From Antedon mediterranea (Eukaryota > Animalia > Echinodermata), in contig NC_092671.1 of assembly GCF_964355755.1 (NCBI RefSeq), positions 40,000,304 to 40,064,303 on the forward strand: a stretch of DNA of 64,000 nucleotides, written 5' to 3'. Each line of letters starts with the position of its first letter. The stretch's first letter is position 1. A program made the position numbers and the translations under genes. Positions 15,101 through 30,100 of the stretch are shown piece by piece. Below the pieces are notes generated by a model. That model ran no database searches, was not told the DNA's origin, and was given only the letters and a program-made list of their open reading frames with translations.

Positions 15101-18100
15101 TGCAAGTGTGAATCAGCAATTACTTGCATATTACTAATGTTAAACCTACTTAATTTTTATTTTCACTCAATTTGACTTAAGTATTTTTCAACCCAGTTAT
15201 GATTAAACCCTTTAAAATATGTATTTCAAAAAAGAGGCTAAATCCTGTCACTGTCATAGGTTTCTTATGTTTATTTGTATTGTATATGTGTTTATTGACA
15301 AATAAATGAAATGAGGTTTACAAGGAGCAGCAATTTCTAAGTTCCAATACAGAAAGTACTGTGAACCAATCATAATTAGAAAGAATAGAATATAGATTAG
15401 TTTTTTAAGTTCAAAAACTTGTATTCAATAATGATTATCAGCAAGAAAATAAAGGAAAATAGAACAAAATAATAACTAAATAAAAACTTTGTGTAGAGAC
15501 TAAAATAGTGAAACATTTCAAGAGTTAGTTTAAGTAAAGCTAAAAATTATTGTAAAAGCAGAAAAAACTATTAAAAAAAATCCTATCAGAGAATATAATA
15601 CATGGAACAATTTTTTTGTTATTAACTACAAAAACACAAATACCGACAAAAGTTATACAAAATACACATTTTGTAAAGCCTCCAGACATGCCAGTTTGTA
15701 AATGGATTAAGAAGGATTTAATAAGAATTTGAAGATTATCCAATTGATCCTTTATTGTACTCTCAAAGATGTGATAATCTGATTCTTTCAAGTAGATCAT
15801 TTAAAAATAGGAAACACTGGTGAAATTCCCATAATTGAGATTTTGAATTTGACACAGAAAACAGAGAAAATAAACCACAAAAGACATACAAATGTGGAGT
15901 TGTCATTGAGATGCTATAGATTAATATAGATTTGTAATTGCAGAGTAAAATTTAACAAAGGAAAACAGTTCATATTAGCGAATCAGAAATGATCTGGCAC
16001 AGAAAAGAGAGTGAAAAACCACAAAAGACATACACATGTGCAGTTGTCAATGAGACGCTATATATTAATATAGATTTATACATTTATTCAGTGAATCTTT
16101 AATTAAAGAGTAAAATTTAACAAAGAAAAAAAGAAAAATTATTCAAATCAAAATGAATTTGACACTGAAAGAAGAGAAGGGAAAAACCCACAAAAGACAT
16201 ACAAATGTGGAGTATAGTATAATATAGATTTATAAATTTAGTCAGTGAATCTTTACCTTTTTTTAGAGTAAAATTGTTAACAACGGAAAAGAGTTCATCT
16301 TAGCGAATGAAACGTAGACACTGCAGGATGTTACATGAATGCATAGCAGACTAATAACTTTAAGTATTATTTAAGTCAATCATATCCATATGGGCTTAGA
16401 CAAACTTTACATTAACTCACATTGCACATTAGTTTCTCTTAATCGTGCTGACAACCTTAATCACATTCTCAATGTAAAATTAATCTTATTTTTTAAAGCG
16501 TAATCTTGAGGGGATTCTTTAGCAATCTACATGAACTTTCGATTCTACCTGTTTAAAAAAAAACCAAGCGGACGCTTAACCGATTCATTCTTAAGAAAGC
16601 TTTCACTTAAACGCCTGCTTGACATCCAGGTCAGTTAATTAGTGAGTTTAAAAAGCTGTTATTGATGCTGTTGCTACGGTTACATTTAAGATATTACATT
16701 GCAAATCTATTTCAGGAATTAGTTTTGAGTAGAAATTTCCGGTTGGCAACTTTATATTACTAGTCACTAATGATTTGGATTACTATTCTCTGCATTTATC
16801 ATACAGTATTATATTCAATAATGCCACATTAAAAATGTTTTATTATTTCTTGTGCTTTAGAAACCACTGGACTACGTTGAAACCAAAACATACAATAAAG
16901 CTATTGCAAATATTTAAATATAGATAGACAAACTCCAAACCAAAGATACTTATATAGTGATTTTTTTGTGTGATTTTCAGCTGATTTTATTAAAATTAGG
17001 TTTCAGTACAAAAACAATTTAGCATTCTGTTGAATTTGTATATCGTATTACATTTTACTTTGTTTGAATAAAGATAACAAATGTACAGTTAGGGCCTGTT
17101 TCTGCTGAGCAGAAATAATCGATTATTAACCGTTTATTTTTTTAATCGATTATTTTTGGGCAGCAGAAACGGCGCAAAATAAAATAACCGATTAAAAATA
17201 ACCGATTAAAAACACTCAATACATTGCGTGTTTTAATCGATTATTTCTTGTTTTAACCGATTATTGCGGAGCAGTTTTGAGCTGCAACACAAATAGCGAT
17301 TATTGACCTCACTTTGACCTCTAGAGTATGACAAACTTCACTTCACAAAGCATGCTGTTTATTTGCGCGATATCGACGACGATCAGCAAAACCACGATCG
17401 GGATGTAGACCGAATAACAATCAAATGTTAAACATTTGATTTTTATTTTTTTGTGGGGGAGAATTATACCGAGAGACTCCAGGATTCTGTATTACAAGTA
17501 CACCCGTTACATACCACCAGTCCAGGCTAACGATGTTTTACATGTCATTTTTTAGGCCTGTTGTCTGTTGACTTGTTTCGGTAGAAATATATAGCCTATA
17601 ATAGGCCTAGCAGGCCGAAGGTAGAACCAACGAACGGCGAAACGAACTTTTTTCGCCGACGTGTCCTTATTAATATAACATCATTATTCTGTTGTATGTG
17701 GTACGGTAGTAGGCCTAGATGTTTATTTTACAAATAATATAGCTTTAGGTAAGAGTAATTTTTAATCCTACATGTGAGAGCATAGAGATATTATTATGGT
17801 GAGAGTTTTAGGCAGCGATAGGATGTAAACAAACCAACTCTCATCGGCCTTTCATAACTTGAACTGCGCTGTGGGGGAATGATGACGTGATTTAAAAAAC
17901 CGATTACCTGAATAACCGTAGCAATTTTCAATTGCAACGCGATTATTTTTGTGGTTTGCGGTGACTGGAAAAAATCGATTATTTTGATTTTTTCAGCAGA
18001 AACAGACCCTAAGTCTCCAAAGAATTGTCTTACTTGGGTCCATATACAGACTGGAGAGTTAACTGTACTCAGACTGGAGAGTTAACTGTACTCAGACTGG

Positions 18101-21100
18101 AAAGTTAACTGTACTCAGACTGGAGAGTTAACTGTACTCAGACTGGAGAGTTAACTGTACTCAGACTGGAGAGTGAACTGTACTCAAACTGAAGAGTTAA
18201 CTGTACTCAGACTGGAGAGTTACCTGTACTCAGACTGGAGAGTTAACTGTACTCAGACTGGAGAGTTAACTGTACTCAAACTGAAGAGTAACCGTACTCT
18301 CAAGAGAAGCGATAGACATCAAAAGCAGTGCACATCAGTGACTACCACTAGACTGTGCAATATACAGACACAACTAAATTACTATTTTTACTTTTTCTAA
18401 CCAAACAACAAAACTTGTCATGTGATATGTCAATCACATGTCAATCATTTTATGACATCAATCAACGCAGCTGCCTCAACAAGAACTTCAAATAAAAACA
18501 TAATTAATAAAAATATAACACATTTGACAAACAAGCGTAACCTGTGATGTATTGAGGTACATACTTACTTGTTTTTGGGACAGTGGTAGATGGAAAACTA
18601 TCGCATGATACAATACCTACAAAAATAAAAAATGATGTTACATCAATACTAGGTCTACAATAACAATTTATGCTTTCAATAAAATGATTAAAAGTTGTTC
18701 AACGTTCAATACCATTTATTATAAATACAGCGAGTATAATCAAATAAAGAATTGAAATGAATAACGAACAAGTACCATCTATATTATGACTAACATTAGT
18801 ACATTGTACTCATCTTCAGCTAAGGCAATAGACAAATAATTATGGTACAATTAAAAACACAATGTGTTCATTAGGTCAGAAAAAAAAGCATAAACAAAGC
18901 TCCACAAACAAGATCAATAAAACTTCAAAACTATAAAAACAATAAAAAAAAAAAATTTTGTTAAACTATAAAATTGATGATGGATCAAACAGTTTCATAA
19001 AACTCCTATAAAAGTAATAATTAGTTATTCATATTTAAATATCTGGGATCATTGGAATGAGACTATCGAACCGTCAATTATGTATTTTCAGAATGCTGGG
19101 CAAATAATATGGTGAAACATACAAATAAGTCTACAAAATAAGAAGTCTTTACAATATAATCCTGACCTTGGATGTACTGTATAGGGATCAGATTTATTTT
19201 GGACAGCAACTTATGTGTAGACATTTTTACTCCAGGGAGGAAAGAAATTGCATGAAAATGGAGAAGTTTATGATGACAAGGTATACCAAGACTAGCAAGG
19301 AACAAACAAGATCCAGCAACAAAAGGAAGAGAGCCAGGAACAAGGGTTTTAGAGCCGGCAAGAGGGTACAAGAGTCTTTCAAACGGCTTAAATATATTTG
19401 ATTATTTACGTCAAACAATTAACACAAGTACCTCAATACTCACTTGGTGATCATTAAATAATTTTAAAAGGGAACTTGAATTTGAAACAGAAAAAGGAAA
19501 TGAAGAGAAGGAAATTAAATCAATGTAGACATAGAGGTGTGCCAAGTAAGACACATATCAAGACAAAAAAAACACACACAAAAAAAACTCCTGGATACAC
19601 ATATGGAAAATTATAGTTGAATAATTATAAATGAGCAAAGTTAGATACAAACATTAGGACACAAAAAAAACCACAGTTTGAAGTGAGCCAACTAAAACAA
19701 ATATAAAGAAACCAAATGCATGCACTTTGAATATAAAGTACAGTACATGTTTAAAGTACATAGTTTTAAAATTATCAGTAATTTAGAAAAGAACATGTTT
19801 CTAGAAATCTATTTGTTATTATTACTATTTATTTATTATCTTAATGTAACTAGTTTTTAGTGGGCTTCCAATCACAAGTTTTTATCAATTTTCATTCCTC
19901 TCATGTTTTTGTTTTGGTGAGATGAATAAAATTACAATTAATCAAAATCAATACTGTATGAGGCTAAACCAAAACAATTACAATTTTAAACATCGTTTAT
20001 TTGCGCTAAATAAATCTATTATAATTATTATATGCTACTACTGTACATATTACAGTTAAACAAGTTAACAAAAACAATAACTTTGTTAACTTTGTTGATC
20101 ATTTTTGTTTTTGATTATGATCATCCAACATAAAGCAGTGTAAAGTTTCTACACAGAGTAAAGTTGATGCTTTCTATTACAAACTGATCACTGCTATTAA
20201 TAAGTTTTTCCCGTTGAAAAATATTAAAACGCACAATACTGATAAACCTTGGCTAACACAAAATATCAGAAATTCTATTTCTGAACGCCAAAAAGCGTTT
20301 AAATCCAATAACTTAACCCATTGGAAAGCTTGCAGAAACAAAGTCAAGAGGGAAATCATTAAAGCTAAAGTAAAATTTAATGTAGATAGAGTTAGACACC
20401 TGCAAAAAACTGACCCAGGTAAATGGCACCAACAGGTCAGAGTTATGACAAACACTAAGAAAATTGATCTCAATATACCAGTTCCTGAAATCTCTCCATT
20501 GGATCATAAATCCATTGCTAATGTCATCAATGACTTGTTTACTAACATTAGTGCTCACATCCCTTTTCTAAATAAAACTCAACTCCCTGCATTCCTTCCC
20601 TCTGACAAACCTGCACCTAAACTTCATCCTTGGGATATTTATAAAAAATTAAGATCTATTAAAGAAAACAAGGCCTGCGGACCAGATTTGGTCCCACCCA
20701 AAATTGTTAAATTATTTGCCATGGAGTTTTGTGAACCACTTTGTGATATACTCAACTGTTCTTTTTCTGAAGGCATTGTCCCTTCTCAGTGGAAAAAGGC
20801 AGTTGTAGTCCCTGTGCCCAAGGTTCAGCCTCCTACTATTGACAAACTCAGACCTATCTCCATTACTTCTGTGTTTGCCAAAGTAGCTGAGGAGTTTATC
20901 ACTGACTGGATCTTACAAGATATAAGTTCAAAAATCGATGTTAACCAGTTTGGAAATGTTAAGGGTTTGTCTACTGCTCATTACCTGACCCACTTGGTGC
21001 ATTATCTCTGTCAAGGTGCTGAGAATAAGCACAATGTTGGTACCATGGTTCTTACTGATTTCTCCAAGGCCTTTGATCTTATCGACCATACCATCCTTGT

Positions 21101-24100
21101 TAATAAGATCATTGATATTGGTGTCAGGGGGGCTTTGGTACCATGGTTGTGTGATTTTCTTTTTATGCGTATGCAGTGTGTCAAATATAATGGTACCTTA
21201 TCTAATTACTCTTACTTAAAAGCTGGTGTCCCACAGGGAACCAAGTTAGGCCCTTTATGTTTCCAGATCATGATCAACGATGCTGGTACAAATGCTAAAA
21301 CTAAGTATCTGAAATATGTAGATGATCTTACATTTTGTGAAAATCGTAAGCTCTCATTGCCTGGTTTTTTACAAGATGATCTTAATTCTTTTTTCCGCTG
21401 GTGTAACGACAACTGTTTAGTGCTTAACCCCAAAAAATGTCAGGCCCTTAAGGTGTGTTTCAGTTCTACCCAACCTTCACACGTTGACATACACTTGGGA
21501 ACTGATAAGCTCCAATATGTTAATAAAGCCAAGATCCTGGGAGTTTTTTTTCAAGACAACCTTAAATGGGACTGTCATATTGATTCCATCATCACTAAAG
21601 CTTCCAGGAAACTTTTCTTTTTACGATCACTAAAACGATTTGGTTTTAACATTGAAGAGCTTAAATTGACCTTTTGTGGTTACATTAAACCAGTTGTTGA
21701 GTATGCTGATGTTGTTTGGCATTCTGGCCTGTCTAGTAGATTAAGCGATTGTATTGAAAATGTTCAAAAGAGGGCTTGCCGTATAATGTTAGGCAATGAT
21801 TACTTTTCTTACTCTGGTGCCCTTGAATTTCTTAAATTAGAGACTTTGGCTCAAAGAAGGGTGGAGCATTGTCGCAAGTTCGCTGAGTATCTCCCCAAAA
21901 TTAAACAAACAGCTGATTTAATCCCACCGACCAGACATAGCTGTCATGGTAGGAATTTAAGAAATAAAAACAAAATTACCCAGCTAGCGTCTAAAACATC
22001 CAGATTTACCAATAGCCCTATACCCTACTTCATCAAATTACTGAATTCTTAATTTTCTCCCCTGCTAGTTTGCGACTGCTCTCCCCTTCTTTGTTGTTTT
22101 TTTTGTTTTCATATTTTTTATATATATTTATATTTTTGATATGACATGTATTTTACACGCAATTTGGCTCTTAGCCACGAGTTGTAATTTTGGTCAATTT
22201 TTTTGATATTTGAAATAAAAGTGAATAATAATGATTGACTATTTTGTTAAGACACTAAATGTGTCGGCAACACGACGTCTGACTGACAGAACTCACAACG
22301 GTCAGAATCCCACAAGAGCCTTTTCATCAGACACTGAAATCTGTGATTAATTGAAACATGAATTGGCCATCACAGGTGAAGACCCTGTCACTGAAACAAT
22401 CCAGGAACCAACATCCCAACGACAGTCATACCGGTGTTTGCTGACTGTGGGAAACATGAAAAACTAGCCGACTGCATAATGTAATCTGATTGTACCGACT
22501 GATATCCTACGGGAAAATCTAGGGGGAAAGCAATTTGTGTCGATTGTAGTATGGTTAGAATTAGTGCACGTTTGAAGCACAGATTTCATTGCAAAAACAA
22601 AGGTAATATTGTAAAGGTACGATGAATTTCTGCTTCGTCATGTTTCGGTTTACGAAGAAAACAGGTCATGTTTTGAGTGTACACCTTGTGAAGTTTTGTA
22701 GATAGCTGTAGGGAACACACATGCTGTAATATGCTAGTGGTCATTATACGTCTACACACCCTGCAATCACATCGGCTACAAATCACGACAAATTGAATAA
22801 TACCGCTAAACAAGCTGTCTATTATTCACATACGGTACTCACTACAATACTTTTGTTTTATTTCCCATAGTCCGACACTTTCAACAAAGAAAACGTCTCG
22901 ACAGATTTAATCTCAAAAAAGAAAACAAGAATCAATTATCTAGTTTCTCTCTTGGTACTTGGGACGAAAAAAAGCTTTGAAATGATTTCCATTTTGAATT
23001 TAGCTACTTGGATGTGACAATATATTTAGGCTTGCTTACATGACATTTATTAACCTATTTAAAATTGACAAACCTGCCTGTAAATACTGATACGATCTGG
23101 CAGTCAAAAGTAAATGAAATAAGACAGGGCTAGTGGATGAGAGAACGCTACTGAGTAGCAGTTACCTAATTGCCTTTGATCACTGACTACCTCCATTTAG
23201 TATCGGAACTCCATGCTTATCTTAAATGTGATACAAATAGACTTGTATTGGCATTGTGATCAATAACAAATTACCACACGGCTAACAACTTTCTATCCAT
23301 AAATAAAAAGCAGAATTGGGAAAAAAATTAAAAATTAGAAGTTGCATAAATGATCAAAGACGAGCTGCTGAAATAACTCTTGCTTGAAATTAATTTAAAC
23401 AATTAAAGGAACCTCCTACAGTATGAATTCTGTAATTTCTGTTAAAGATATTTTGTCCCACTAAATTTTTTTTCAAATTTTGTGCTGAATAATAGTTATT
23501 TACTTTGACCAAAAACTGAATTGAAAAAAAAAACTATTTACCCGAAAAAAATTAATTTAAAGCAAAAAATACTTAAATTGTCTGTTAGACAATGGTTTTT
23601 TTTTGGTTAAAATTAACCATTTCATTTGAAAAGAAGTGAATAACTTTATTAAAACTGCAAATTTAAAGTCTGATTTTATTAATCTTCATTTTTCATGTTT
23701 TTGGGTGACAATAAAATAAACCATGTTTTCTTGTTCTTGCACTAAGAATGCTAAACTACTTTTCTTCACCATTAGCCTACAGTAGTTTTAGATTCAACAG
23801 TTTCAGATTAAACAAGTATTGTACAATTTTTAACAAACATTTGGTCATGTGTACATCTGGAAGCAAAAGATAAAAACAAGTGTAACGCAGGTGCCAACAA
23901 ACTGATGTAAGGAAACAAGTTAATAAATAAAATAAAAAAGTGTGTTTCAAGATTAGTAAGAATTGTTTTCAAAAGGATGTAATGTTAAATGTGATTGACA
24001 AGCACGTGGGATGTACTTTAACATTATTCAATTTAAACATTATAACATAACATTACAATGAAAGAAAACCAATTAAATATGGAAAATGTATGTACTTTAA

Positions 24101-27100
24101 CATTGTTTAATTTAAACATTATATAACATTACGATGAAAGAAAATTGATTAAATATGAAAAAATGTTGGCACCCTAATTGTTGCATTCTAAGGATGTATT
24201 GTTCCCACAAAAACATGAAAAATGAAGATTAATTAAATCAGACTTTGAATGTCATTTTGTAGTTTTAATAAAGTTAATCATTTCCGTAAAAAAAATAATG
24301 TTTTCTTCTATAAAATGACACAATAAATGGTCAAAAACAATTTGGCATTTTTTGAAAGTAATTTACAGTTTTTTCAGGTAAATTAATTTTTTTGTATTCA
24401 ATTTTTGTTCAAAGTGGATAACTATTATGTGACATTAAAATGGCATATTCAACAACAAAATTTACAAAATTATTTTTTCAGGGGGACAATACATCTTGAA
24501 ACTTTGAGATGGGGGCTTAGTTTGCACAGACCAATATCTATTGAGTGACCTGATAGATTGCATTCAAACTATTGGGAGTCAATTTTTCATAGATTCACAA
24601 GTTCACAAGAAAATAAAATAAAAACATTTTAATGTTGACCTTACTATACATTCTAAAAAAAGTTATCAACTAAATCCGCATCTGTATAAACAGGTGGTAC
24701 ATTATATCGTATTTTTTGGTTTATCTTGTTTGAAATTTATGAAAAACAAGGGACAACGATCTGCACAGTGTCATCATAACTATGTATGTCACTGGACTAT
24801 TAACACCCAAATTATATCATTTTACCCAGTAGACAAATGGTTTTTCTCAGTTGCCTTTTTTTAAATTTGTCACGGCAAAAAATTGTATTCAATATCCTAT
24901 AGGATATTGGGTATTTTATTTCTCGTCTAAGAATTAAATTTAGTGTAAAATACTCTGAATTTGAATAATAATTATGTTTGGCGTGCCCTATATAATTTTT
25001 ACAGTACTACGCTTCCATTGTACAATGTGTCTTTCTCAGATTTGTCCAACAAATTAGGCTGTATAAGTAAATCATCTTGCTCCGTTTGATGTTTAAGTCA
25101 TGTTCAATTTTACATTTGTGTAGTACACCATGTTTGTTAATGTTAGTACTGTAAGTATAGTGTTTTGGCACCTTCTTTCTGGCTGTTTTACATCACTATA
25201 TTTTCACAAATTCACCTTTGTAAATGATTTATATATTAATAATTTTTTTCATCATAACATAATCTTATTAAATTATCATCAATGGCCATTATTTTGTGTA
25301 TGTATTGAAATAATTTAATTAATTAATTTATTTATTCAACTTTGTTTTACAAGGGTAGGACTAACAACAATACTACAGCAGTACAGCTGATTTGAAGAAA
25401 TAATGTTAAATATGAATGATATACCACTGATATATTTATAGCAATGAATTCTGTCCATCTGATATACCAAGCTTGTTATAATTATGTAACTCAAACCTAT
25501 AAATGGTAGACGATAGTTGTGAGAGATTATTCTTAAGAAAGAAAAGTTTATTCAGCCATCATAGGAATGCTGCATTGACAGAAGTTGGCCAAAATCCACC
25601 TGCTTATTGTACCTTATGAAAAGGTTCCTAAATGACCACTCACTTGTGGGGGTCAACAATAGATACTTACAGTACGTTTAAATTAACTTCCAATAAAGTC
25701 TGTATATTAATTTTATTTCTCATCCTTCTATGAGTTGTTGATTGATATTAAACAGCGTTATTCAAGTCCTATTTGAGTTGTCAACACTAGATTGAATGCC
25801 CATAGGTACTATCTCCAAAGGGAGATTCCCTAGATTGAATGCCCATAGGTACTATCTCCAAAGGGAGATTCCCTAGATTGAATGCCCATAGGTACTATCT
25901 CCAAAGGGAGATTCCCTAGATTGAATGCCCATAGGTACTATCTCCAAAGGGAGATTCCCTAGATTGAATGCCCATAGGTACTATCTCCAAAGGGAGATTC
26001 CCTAGATTGAATGCCCATAGGTACTATCTCCAAAGGGAGATTCCCTAGATTGAATGCCCATAGGTACTATCTCCAAAGGGAGATTCCCTAGATTGAATGC
26101 CCATAGGTACTATCTCCAAAGGGAGATTCCCTAGATTGAATGCCCATAGGTACTATCTCCAAAGGGAGATTCCCTAGATTGAATGCCCATAGGTACTATC
26201 TCCAAAGGGAGATTCCCTAGATTGAATGCCCATAGGTACTATCTCCAAAGGGAGATTCCCTAGATTGAATGCCCATAGGTACTATCTCCAAAGGGAGATT
26301 CCCTAGATTGAATGCCCATAGGTACTATCTCCAAAGGGAGATTCCCTAGATTGAATGCCCATAGGTACTATCTCCAAAGGGAGATTCCCTAGATTGAATG
26401 CCCATAGGTACTATCTCCAAAGGGAGATTCACTAGATTGAATGCCCATAGGTACTATCTCCAAAGGGAGATTCCCTAGATTGAATGCCCATAGGTACTAT
26501 CTCCAAAGGGAGATTCCCTAGATTGAATGCCCATAGGTACTATCTCCAAAGGGAGATTCCCTAGATTGAATGCCCATAGGTACTATCTCCAAAGGGAGAT
26601 TCCCTAGATTGAATGCCCATAGGTACTATCTCCAAAGGGAGATTCCCTAGATTGAATGCCCATAGGTACTATCTCCAAAGGGAGATTCCCTAGATTGAAT
26701 GCCCATAGGTACTATCTCCAAAGGGAGATTCCCTAGATTGAATGCCCATAGGTACTATCTCCAAAGGGAGATTCCCTAGATTGAATGCCCATAGGTACTA
26801 TCTCCAAAGGGAGATTCCCTCGAGAGAATGCCCATAGGTACTATCTCCAAAGGGAGATTCCCTAGATTGAATGCCCATAGGTACTATCTCCAAAGGGAGA
26901 TTCCCTAGATTGAATGCCCATAGGTACTATCTCCAAAGGGAGATTCCCTCGAGAGAATGCCCATAGGTACTATCTCCAAAGGGAGATTCCCTAGATTGAA
27001 TGCCCATAGGTACTATCTCCAAAGGGAGATTCCCTCGAGAGAATGCCCATAGGTACTATCTCCAAAGGGAGATTCCCTAGATTGAATGCCCATAGGTACT

Positions 27101-30100
27101 ATCTCCAAAGGGAGATTCCCTAGATTGAATGCCCATAGGTACTATCTCCAAAGGGAGATTCCCTAGATTGAATGCCCATAGGTACTATCTCCAAAGGGAG
27201 ATTCCCTAGATTGAATGCCCATAGGTACTATCTCCAAAGGGAGATTCCCTCGAGAGAATGCCCATAGGTACTATCTCCAAAGGGAGATTCCCTAGATTGA
27301 ATGCCCATAGGTACTATCTCCAAAGGGAGATTCCCTAGATTGAATGCCCATAGGTACTATCTCCAAAGGGAGATTCCCTAGATTGAATGCCCATAGGTAC
27401 TATCTCCAAAGGGAGATTCCCTAGATTGAATGCCCATAGGTACTATCTCCAAAGGGAGATTCCCTAGATTGAATGCCCATAGGTACTATCTCCAAAGGGA
27501 GATTCCCTAGATTGAATGCCCATAGGTACTATCTCCAAAGGGAGATTCCCTAGATTGAATGCCCATAGGTACTATCTCCAAAGGGAGATTCCCTAGATTG
27601 AATGCCCATAGGTACTATCTCCAAAGGGAGATTCCCTAGATTGAATGCCCATAGGTACTATCTCCAAAGGGAGATTCCCTAGATTGAATGCCCATAGGTA
27701 CTATCTCCAAAGGGAGATTCCCTCGAGAGAATGCCCATAGGTACTATCTCCAAAGGGAGATTCCCTCGAGAGAATACATGGTTTTCAATGTTAATTACCA
27801 GTTCGGAACGAGTCTTCACCATTGCTGGGGAATCTCCAGACACTCACAATTCCCCGATGATTTGAGTTCAACAAGCACAATATACTTCAACGGAAGGAAG
27901 GGCAGGCAGAAGCTTTCAAAATAGTGGACACACTGGACAACTGGACAAAATAGAAAGTGTTTAAACTAGACAGAGCTTCTGGATCTGAGACTGATCATTC
28001 CTTGTGAATAGAATTGTCAACACCTACTGGTTAATAACAATTTAACCAACAATTTAACCAACATTTTGTATTCTAATTGATATATATCTAACCTGTAAAC
28101 ATACAGAAAATTAATTTAAAATGATCAGGGCAACCTAGTCCTGTTAGAATTGACATAGGATTGGTTTATATAAGGTTTTGTCTAATAATGTCACTATATC
28201 TATTGTTATCTTGTTATGTTTGACATCAGGGCAACCTAGTCCTGTTAGAATTGACATAGGGTTGGTTTATATAAGGTTTTGTCTAATAATGTCACTATAT
28301 CTATTGTTATCTTGTTATGTTTGACATCAGGGCAACCTAGTCCTGTTAGAATTGACATAGGGTTGGTTTATATATGGTTTTGTCTAATAATGTCACTATA
28401 TCTATTGTTATCTTGTTATGTTTGACATCAGGGCAACCTAGTCCTGTTAGAATTGACATAGGGTTGGTTTATATAAGGTTTTGTCTAATAATGTCACTAT
28501 ATCTATTGTTATCTTGTTATGTTTGACATCAGGGCAACCTAGTCCTGTTAGAATTGACATAGGGTTGGTTTATATAAGGTTTTGTCTAATAATGTCACTA
28601 TATCTATTGTTATCTTGTTATGTTTGACATCAGGGCAACCTAGTCCTGTTAGAATTGACATAGGGTTGGTTTATATAAGGTTTTGTCTAATAATGTCACT
28701 ATATCTATTGTTATCTTGTTATGTTTGACATCAGGGCAACCTAGTCCTGTTAGAATTGACATAGGGTTGGTTTATATAAGGTTTTGTCTAATAATGTCAC
28801 TATATCTATTGTTATTTGTTATTGTTATTTTTTCATGTATATTAAATTATATTGTATGTCTTTCAACTCTGTTAATGATGACGTATGGTCATTGTAGGGT
28901 GATTATGAAATAACATTTTATAAAAAAATAACAAAATATAAACTTAAATGATACTAATCATAATCAAGTTGTCAAATTGACATTAAAAATAATTAGTTTT
29001 TACAATTTGTAGTTTTTTTTTCAGGAAATATACAGAGGGCTTGTCAAGGTTATTCCAGGCCGATAGTATCTTTAAGAAATTATTTTTAAATATTAGTTCC
29101 AAGTAAAAGTTATTTCAAATGGTTAATAGTTTTAAATTTGTATAGCGCAAAATACAAATAGTCTCTATCTATGTGCTGTTTAACACAAGTGTAAAAAGAA
29201 AGAAAGTTTTATTGTTAAATAAACCAGGAAAAAGCCTAATAAAATGTTTCAATTCATTTTATAAAAAGTATTTTACAGCATCAACTGTTTTTGTTAAGTG
29301 TTCAACTTAGTTGATCAGTACAAGTTAGCATGGTAGTATTTTCAGATACCGGTGTACTATAAATAGTATTGTTTGCTAGAGATCAATAGAATTATCATCC
29401 GCCCACTGCTGCCGTCCTAGTTTTCACATTTTGAAAAAAACAACAGGTTAAAAACAGCCTTAGTTTGTTGTGTACAAGAGGTGAGACAAGAAGGAAACAA
29501 GTTTGGTGGGTGGAAAGGAAAACAATACTAAGCGTGATCTCAATGGGACGCTTCAATTAGACAACAAACCTAAGATAACAGTCCATGACATAGATTACTT
29601 AGTGGGTCATACGCATCGGTCATAAATGGAGTTGATCAGAGACAATTGTAAAACCATCATGTTATTCGGTTTTTGTCGTGAATGACCTTTTTCCTGATGG
29701 TCAAGCACGTTTGTAAACTTTATTAGTATGGAAGAAAAACTAATATGGTTTTGTGCAAACAAATTTCATGTTAAAATGTTTTATGTAGTTGAGATTAAGA
29801 TTGTAGTAATTATTTTTTAAATTATTTTATCAAACTTCTATTGCCATTTTATATATTTAAATATCAAATAGGTAGGCTTAAGCTCTATCTACACTATCAA
29901 ACTACATTTATTTGTCACATAAAGTTTGATAGTGTAAACAGAGCTTTAGTATTGATCCTATATTTTTTAATCAAAATTACTAATCCAACACTAAAAGTTG
30001 AATAATGAATACTTATAAGAAACAACATTATCACAATTTTGTGCTCCCGATGAGTGAGGTTATTATATCATTAAAAAGGTATTAAACTTGTTACTTTAAA

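Noticed and set aside
19168-19401. Basic 77-aa plus-strand ORF (protamine- or NLS-like)
   Set aside because: TTG start, no recognisable homology, and no phase-compatible splice partners found on either strand.
20214-22052. RT as part of a retron, DGR or group II intron system
   Set aside because: The motifs, C-terminus, 3' tail and 5' truncation are those of a non-LTR retrotransposon; no ncRNA or template/variable repeat pair is visible.
25787-27775. CRISPR-like array (semi-palindromic repeats); same consideration for the 40.5-kb and 57.4-kb arrays
   Set aside because: Units are head-to-tail with no unique spacers, there are no cas genes, and the context is spliceosomal introns.
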